60,000 nt of DNA from Botryllus schlosseri (taxonomy: Eukaryota): the NCBI GenBank assembly GCA_051294905.1, contig CM119372.1, positions 8,062,001 through 8,122,000 on the forward strand. The letters are read 5' to 3'. Position numbers and translations under genes: made by a program. Below are positions 51,993-60,000 of the stretch, in pieces (position 1 is the first letter of the stretch; every line of letters begins with the position of its first letter). The notes under the pieces are model-generated. The model ran no database searches. It was given only the letters and a program-made list of their open reading frames with translations, and was not told the origin of the DNA.

Positions 51993-52410
51993 GGCGGGGG
52001 AGATAGCGTAGTGGTGACGATAAGCGCCTGCCAAGGAGGCGGACTCGATTCGATTCCCGTCGGAGGTTCATTTGGGCTCCTCTTCCCCCGCTGTCGCCGT
52101 TCTTACGGTGACAAAAAAGCCCAGAAAAAAAGACCCGAAGAAAGAAAGCACTCACAAGGAATAGAAAGAACTAGTAGAAAGGGTCGCGGCTTCAAAAAGA
52201 TCAACATCGAAAAAGAACTGTGACATCGGGCACTCTAGGCCGAGGTGGCTGTTTGAGTAAAGGATCGCTACTGATGCGTGTCGTTCGACATCCTCCTATC
52301 TGTTCGTGTATTGCAATGCAATGTATTGCATTGTGTCTTATCGCATTGTACATTGTATGTATAGCTTGTTCAGATGAAAATTATAACCCAATGTATTGTA
52401 TTGTATTGTA
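51993..52410 (+). mobile_element. Full-length tRNA(Gly)-derived SINE
   Basis: A box TAGCGTAGTGG (52004-52014), GCCTGCCA anticodon-like segment, B-box-like GATTCGATTCC (52047-52057), body shared with 19591-19849 and about 7494-7570, (TGTAT)n tail. Confidence 0.8.
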
Positions 52411-53900
52411 ACGTAGCGTTGGTGAAGTGGTGAAGACACCGCAAAATGTTCCGTCTCTTGAGTCTTGCAGCAATGGAAGAGGGTCTAAAAGAGCGTCTCC
52501 GAACAGTTCTTAGCCGAGAGCAACCGCCGTAGGTAGGTTCAAACTTGCTTCCTTATAATAGGCCATGGCAAGAATACAATATAAAATATATCCATATGAT
52601 AGCGATTGAAAATCTGGATACATCATAAGAACAGATTTCTAAAACTCGTGAAGTCATATTACGATACATGCCTCGCAGAACTTTACCGGTGTGGAATATT
52701 TGTCGCCCCTACTACGGTATACTAATTTTCGTTGTAGATACGACTCCAATATCTGAACGGGTGAGAGCGGGAAGTACAAATATATTTGAGCATTACGGGA
52801 AGCATCAATCGTGTCATATGGATTAATAATGCTTTTCGTGTCACAATCATGCATGCAATCCACATAATTATTATTGGGCACAATGATTCGACTACTCGAA
52901 TCTGAATCGAGTATTAATTTTAATGATTCGAGTCGAGTAGTAAAAGACGATTTTTTCGAGTACTGAAATTATACGCTTCTCGCCACTAAAAGTTAATTTA
53001 TCAATGAGAATTATAGTTTCGATACTATATCTTCCACTGCTGAATCCTTGAAACCTAGCAATTAATTGGCGGTATCGTAGCATACGAAACATATACTACA
53101 AAGCTATGAAGGATACTGGACGTAGCACATTTCCGAAGTCATGATTATCCCACAACATTTTCACCAAGTGGAATGAAATCGGTATGGTCGAAAAAATACC
53201 AAAATATTTTGTGATGGATAACATGCCATTGTATTTTTTGTGGCGGCATAAACGGTATATATTTTAACTTTGACGTGTTACATTCTGTTATGACGTTATA
53301 ATGAGTGATACTCGATTACTCGTCTTGAAGCATATTACGTGATTTAGAATCGAATCACTCTCAGGTACTCGATTTTGCCCAGCCCTACACGTAATGCAGA
53401 TATTGTGAACCGAGGTTAACGCCGAGGAACAGCTCGTCGTTTATATCTACGACTTCGCAGAAACCGCCTATTTTATTTTAGGAGTTAAATTTTCAATTGG
53501 CTAAGCATAGTCGCCTAGAAGCAGCATTGGTTTTAACTTTGTCTTGCAAGCATAAAATGAACTGAACATCGATCAGTTTGAATAATAGCGATAGCTACGA
53601 CATCCAAGCGGGGAGGTGCTTTTCTTTCTCCTACTTACGAGCTAGTGGTAATAGTAATATTAGAACAACGACGATCGGTCTACAGACCATAGCCCGACTG
53701 CGAGAGTGCGAGTGGATAAAATATCTGTTACGACGCATAAGGATCAACCTTTACTGCGAGTGTATGATTCACAAATCCGACATTTCTACTGATACATCAC
53801 ACTATTCCTCGTTCCATTTATGCCATACTGCGTCAATATAGCCATTGTAAAATTAAAAAGTTAGCAATCCTCCTCTATTAAGCAATCAATTGGGCTAGGC

Positions 53901-56900
53901 CAGTGGTTCTTAACCTTTATTCATCCAGCGCCCCTTTCAAAAATTATCGTGCTCTAGCGCCCCCGCCTCATATTGTAGGGACTGTAAAAATCAATGGGTA
54001 TGAGGGAGGGCCGTAACAGCACTTCGTCAGCCCCCCTAAAAAAAGATTGTCTTGCGCACCCATAGCGTGATAAACCAAACTTCTGGGGGCTTCGTGATTT
54101 CGATGGTCTGCAAAATTTGTGTGGCCTGGTCGCCCTGGGCACCAAAATTTTCTATAATGCATGAATGAATAGGTGGTAATTGCATATATATGTCGCTATA
54201 AACTTTTTATCCTCTCTGCCCACGTAGTCAGATTTACCAGTAGCGCTGAGTGAGCTGTTGTATTGGAAAATGAAGGCCACGTAATTAATAATAGAACATA
54301 TTTGGGCATGCCCGTTGGTAAATAATTCGTTACATGTTGTTATTTTATTACCTCTTGTCCGTTATATAGTCAAAAGATATTGAAACGCATAAACGTATTA
54401 AACTAAAGTATAAGCACACGAATCAAATTTGGTATTTCTTCACTGGCAAATAATTTTCTCTGATGGATGTTATTCAGGGCCGTAACAGCACTTCGTCAGC
54501 CCCCCCCCAAACGGTTGGCCTTGGGCTCCCCATAGGGTGATAAACCGAACTTCTGGGGGCCTTCACCCCCCAGACCCCTCTTTGGCTATACGCCTTTTGC
54601 CGCTATTTGACATCTGCATTGGGTGTCCGTTTAGTGAGTCAGCTTTTCCCGCCTAGACGCGCGAAGCGCGAAAAAAATCAGCAAATCATGATTGAATCGG
54701 TCAATATGATCGGGAATTACATATATATTGCTATCAATTTTGATCCTCTCTCTGCTCACGTAATCAGATTTACCGGTAGAGCTGAGCGAGGTGTGTTTGA
54801 AAACGTAGGACCACCCAATAATAATTAAACATCTTCGGGCGTATACCCGTTGCAGGAACGAAACAGCACTTCGTCAGGTCCCCAAGAAACTTGAGTCTTG
54901 GGCTCCCATAGGGTGATAAGTCGACCCCCTCATCACAGTGTTCGCTTTTGCCACGAAATTAGCTGCACTGTTTGGTGAGCCAGCGCGAAGCGCGAAAAAT
55001 GTCGATAATTCATGATACAATCGGTCAATAAGATCGGGAATTGCATATATATTGCTATCAATTTCTTGTCCTCTCTGCTCACGTTATCAGATTTACCGGA
55101 AACTGTAGGGCCCGTAAATAATAATTAAACATCTTCGGGCGGGCGGACCCGTTGGTATGACTTCGTTACATGATTTTATTTCGTGACCTCCTGTCTGCTA
55201 TATCAAAAATATAGAATCGCTCAAACGTACTAAACTAAAAGACGCACACGATTTCAAATTGGTTTTTCTTCACTGGCATATATTTTTTCCTGCGGTATGG
55301 TATTTGTCTTCTGAGGTTCAGATTGCCAAGACGGGAACATATGGCGCCAGTCGTTTAGGCGCCTATGGACAATTAAATTTATTATTTTGTATATATAACG
55401 AAGTTTTCGGACAGCGTAAGGGTAGTCCTTTTCGGCCAAGCTTTTCGCTCTGCCGATCGTTCTGGCACACTTCTTGGAGTCGCATGTAATATGTCCTAAA
55501 TCGTTATATATCTTGGTGCGTAGTGGCGTGGTAATGGCCATCGCCGATATGTCCATTTCTATAAATCTTGCGTGTTTTTTCTTGGGGGAAGAGTACCAAA
55601 TAATCAAGATATTTAGCAACTTTAAATCACGCGCAGTGCGAAAAATTTTTGAAAAAGTTGCATAAATTTTCAAAAAATACTCTATAATTTATGCTAATTC
55701 ACGAAATAATTTGGGGCCCCCTTCGAGCTCGCCCCCCCCCCCCCCAATTGGGGGTTTGGGGTGCTGCAATTACGGTCCTAATGTTATTTGTCCTGTGGGG
55801 TGCAGATTGCGACGACATGATAATTCGGCACGAGCGATTTAAGCACCTATTGACAATTAGACTTATATACATCGAAGTTTACGGTCAACGTAAGGGCAAT
55901 CCTTTTCGTCTAAGATTTTCTCGCCGACGATCTTTTTGACACACTTATTCTTGGAGTCCCACATGGATCGGAACTTCAGATGTCTTCGTGCATCGTGGCG
56001 TGGTAATGGCCGACGCTGAAATGCCTATTTCTATTTTCCATAATTATGCGTATTCTTCCGTAGGGGAATCGTCATAACATGATGTGTAATTTATGTTCAT
56101 TCACCGAAATAATTCAGGGCACCCTTCGAGCTCACTGATTGGGTGTTTGGGTTGCAGCATTTTCGATCCTGGTAAAAAGTCCAGTCGAGCTTTTCGGGAC
56201 TTTCGTATTGGAAATATTTCGCACTTTAATCGCGCTCGAGAACCATTCGACTATGATAAACCATATAATAATTGTGTGTGGTAGATTCAGGGTCAAATCA
56301 AGGTTGTTATAACAACAATCGGGCACGGTCTCATACCCTGTGGTTCGAACCATCCCGAATTCACATCTATCTGCTAATGGTAATACGGGGAAATTAATGG
56401 TATTAGATTTTGTCTTAGTGCTTTTTGTAACTACAAGTAAGTCAACTGAAAATGGGATGCGATGTCTGCTCACATTGAATTTAGTACTGTACCCGGTTAT
56501 TAATTTTAACGTGAATGTATTCCAAACAAAGCAACTGATATTATATATTAAAACGTTTATGTGAGGTTGTGAGCCACAACACTAGATCACTAGATAGTAT
56601 CATCCTTATGATACGATAACAAAATATTCTGACGATTTATTTTTGTAGCTCTCAAATACAAGTATATTTAGTTATTCATTTGGTGCACAAAACTTCAAAA
56701 CTTAATATTTTATGTACAGGGGGGCTCTAAAAGTACGCGCAATTTGTTTTACATGAATTACAATAACCCACTACATTTATGAAAACATATGTAGCAAACA
56801 TCGTCGCTTTTTAGCGCGACCAAAAATTTCGGGATTTGACATGTTCTGTGGAATGTTAATTTGCTCTGAATACTCATCAAGGATATGTCTTACTACTACA

Positions 56901-57100
56901 TCATCTACTATACGAAGCCATTTTACTTCAGCGCCCCCCATATCGCCCCTGAGCCCAACGCCTCCCATATCGCCCCCTGAGCCCAGCGCCTCCCATATCG
57001 CCCCCTGAGCGTTACCGCCCCCTGAGCGTTACCGTCCCCTTCAAATTTGCCAGCGCCCCTTGGGGGGGGGGGGCGCTGGAAGCAAGGTGAAGAACCACTG
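53901..57100. mobile_element. 3.2-kb non-autonomous hAT (Buster/Charlie-like) element with internal tandem duplications
   Basis: TIR CAGTGGTTCTT/AAGAACCACTG; exact TSD GGCTAGGC (53893-53900 and 57101-57108); no transposase ORF. Confidence 0.9.
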
Positions 57101-57313
57101 GGCTAGGCCAAACACAATCGATCACGATTACGATTACTTCTAATTTTTAAAAGTAATCGATTACGATTACAAATTACAGAATTACCCCAAATATAAACTC
57201 GACAGTATGATTATATAGTACTCGTCACTATAGGTAGCCCGGCTCAAGTTACAAAGTTACATTCACAAGTCGTCCGCGGCCGTTGTGCGCATGCGAGGCA
57301 ACAACAGGCAGAG

Positions 57314-58483
57314 CAGTGACGTGCGGTCAAATGAGGCAGGTGAGGCAGTGCCTCACCTGTCGTCTGGATGAGTAAGTGAAAATTGTGAAACCCCTCCATG
57401 AGTCGATGATTATATTGATGTTACACATCGATGTTCATAAATAACTAAGTTGGAACATTTTTTTCACCAAACATCATCAATTTGCATAATTATTATTCAA
57501 AAATACAGCGCGAAAGGTGAGGTGAGGCACAGGTGAGGCACGGGCGGGTCGTGCCTCACCTGCAACAATGCAATTCCTCATAAATAGCTCGGAATTCTTA
57601 ATAACTGGAATCAATGAAATGCTATAGTCACACTGATTCCGAAAATCTAAATAATAACAGTGTCAGAGCTCCAGAACCCCCAAAAATCGCCAAGGTAGGT
57701 GACCTTCGCCTATATTACAGACGATGCCATCGTAGAGAAACAATGACTAGGTGAGGCACAAACGAATTTGCTTCATGCACTATTCGCTAACAATTGGACA
57801 ATCGAAACCGAGTGAAATGCGCTACCGATTTCGGAATCCAACAGTCTTGTAGGAATATATAAGATTGAAGCGACGGCCAATGCGTAATGCGAAGCCAATA
57901 CATTCCCTTACTTATTATGTAGCTTTTATGTATTTTGCACCCATAGCTACGTTAAATTGTGGTATGTGATAGCTATTTGCATAGGCTGCATTGTCGTTGT
58001 TTGTGTCCTTTATGCTGAGTTCGACAGCAATCCCTTTAACCGTTAATTGTGGTATGTGATTGTGATAGTCATACTTACAAAGCCTGCGTTGTTGTTTGTG
58101 GTAGTGGTGCCACTAGATCTAGTGTATTTTGACTTGACCTAGTGCATTTTCTTTCGAAATTCAGCAAATCTAGTGTTTTTTACTGAATAAAATTTGTAAC
58201 TGATGCTTTTTTCATGTTCTTCGAATAATTTATAACGGAAGGCCTACTTGAAAAGATAGTAATTATTATTTGTCTAAACATGCCCATTTGGCACAATAGC
58301 GACCAGTCCTACATGTATTATAGAATGTGAAATTGCAACGGCTACCAGTGTGCAAAGAAAATGCTCTCTATACCCGCTGCTGTTGTTATTCACATTTCAA
58401 GTCTCTTTACGTGCGTGTTGTTCTTTTGTATGTGAGGGGGGGAGGCGTGCCTCACCAGCCGTGAACCTCACCGCACGTCACTG
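57314..58483. mobile_element. hAT (Tip100-like) MITE with GTGAGGCA repeats
   Basis: TIR CAGTGACGTGCGGT/ACCGCACGTCACTG; exact TSD AGGCAGAG (57306-57313 and 58484-58491). Confidence 0.9.
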
Positions 58484-60000
58484 AGGCAGAGTAAGTTGTC
58501 AACTGCGAGAAGTTTCTGGGTGCCACCTTCGTGAAACAGTATCAAATCAGGGATATGTATCAAATTAACTCAACTAGTGCGAAGTTACAATTACAATTCG
58601 GAATACCGCTTGCAGATAAGAAGGAATGAGTTTCAACGATCCAATTACAGGGCATGGGTGGCCACTCTTTTTGCTATTCACGGCCGCTTTCCGATAATGT
58701 AGCGAACGGCCGCTTTCCGATTGTGTAGCCTACGGCCGCATCCCAGGACATATCGTAGTAATGAACTAACTGCTTGGACGCCAAATACCCACGTGAAATT
58801 GTCCAGTGTGTCCATACTGTCCATGACCATTTCCAGTGAACTTCGGACTAATCAACTTTTTGATATGGGCTTAGGTAGGCCTACTATACGAGTCGAAATT
58901 GCGAGTGTTGATAATGGTGCGAGTGATTGATAATGGCCGCGCCATGCGCGGAAAAATTTACGGCTTCAAGCATGAATTTCTTCATTAATAATAGTAGTTT
59001 CACATACTATCAAATATTTATCCTCTCTCAGCCCACGTGATCAGATTCACCGGTTGAGTTGATGGAGGGAGTGTGTTTTCGAAACTTTAGGGTAAGAGAT
59101 AAATGATGATTGATGAATGATGATGCATCTTCGATGGGGCCAATTGTTATATATAAGTCACTTTGGTGCATGCTTTTATTTCCTGACCTCTTACCAGGAT
59201 TGTCGGTATAATGCAGGGGCGGCGGGCAACTTCTCCGGTCGGCGGGCCGGATATGGGAAAGTGAAGTACATGGCGGCCTGGATAACAGAATATATACATT
59301 ATTCGCGTATTTATCCACCCATACAAGGAATACATCGTATTTAATGTAAACTTCACGTTTAATGCATAGAGATCAAAAACGCATCTGTACGGTGGGGCTC
59401 ATATTGTAAAGGGCTCTATTAGATATGAATCGAAAAATGAAATCGCGTTAAATCGCGCGTCACATGAAGTCGCGTCATTTATGGCGTTTTTAGTTGTACC
59501 TGTCCAATGGCCCGGCTGTCACAATAAGCTAGGACGAATTGACACAAATGGGCGACCTCGGACATATTCGATTTCCTGAAATAGGAGAACTGCGGTAACT
59601 CTAAAACAGGGGTGGCGAACCTTTTCGGCCAAAGGGCCGCATGTAATTGACGAACCATTGCGCGGGCCACTAGTCTCGCCAAGCGCGAAAAATTTTCGAA
59701 GTTTATATGTCAATGATATTGTTACTTGCGTATATTGCGGGTCTGCTGGACGACGTGCTCAGTTTACTAGGACCGGACTATTCGGCGCCTGGACATATCG
59801 ATATCGAAAGCTTCGATCAACATGCGTAAATCATTTTGTGCCTATAGGTTTCATCGTCGACGGTCTTTCTGCGAGCGCAAACACAAGGTCGAATGTTGGA
59901 CGACACTTGTCTCGTAATTGCGAATACAGTTATAGACCCAATCTGGTACAAGGCGTTCTTGTATTTTCAGAAAGGGGTAACAATATTAAAAGCAAGAAAT

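Noticed and set aside
51996..52066. Possible tRNA-Gly(GCC) gene
   Set aside because: No intact acceptor stem and a degenerate B box; it continues into a repeated body with a microsatellite tail, so it is a SINE head.

Overview
Intron-rich, AT-rich genomic DNA from an invertebrate animal (inferred from gene content and repeat types; species not determinable here). I reconstructed five protein-coding genes by hand from splice signals and reading frames. (1) A kinesin-3 KIF28/KLP-6-like gene on the minus strand, running off the left edge, whose first intron is a U12-type AT-AC intron. (2) XBP1 on the plus strand, head-to-head with the kinesin, with two clear IRE1 cleavage stem-loops defining an unusually long 41-nt unconventional intron; its unspliced isoform lacks an evident hydrophobic membrane-targeting tail and ends in a CtBP-like PLDLR motif. 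(3) A C18orf54/LAS2-like gene (minus). (4) A TEX52-like ORF (plus) between inverted copies of a hAT element. (5) An SHC adaptor gene (minus; PTB-CH1-SH2). Introns and intergenic DNA are packed with non-autonomous DNA transposons, many with exact target-site duplications: several nested hAT MITEs, a foldback/MULE-like element in XBP1 intron 2, and a THAP-bearing P-like element nested in a hAT upstream of SHC. There are also tRNA-derived SINEs and LINE 3' fragments. No rRNA, genuine tRNA or CRISPR array was seen. Gene identities rest on motif recognition from memory, not database searches.
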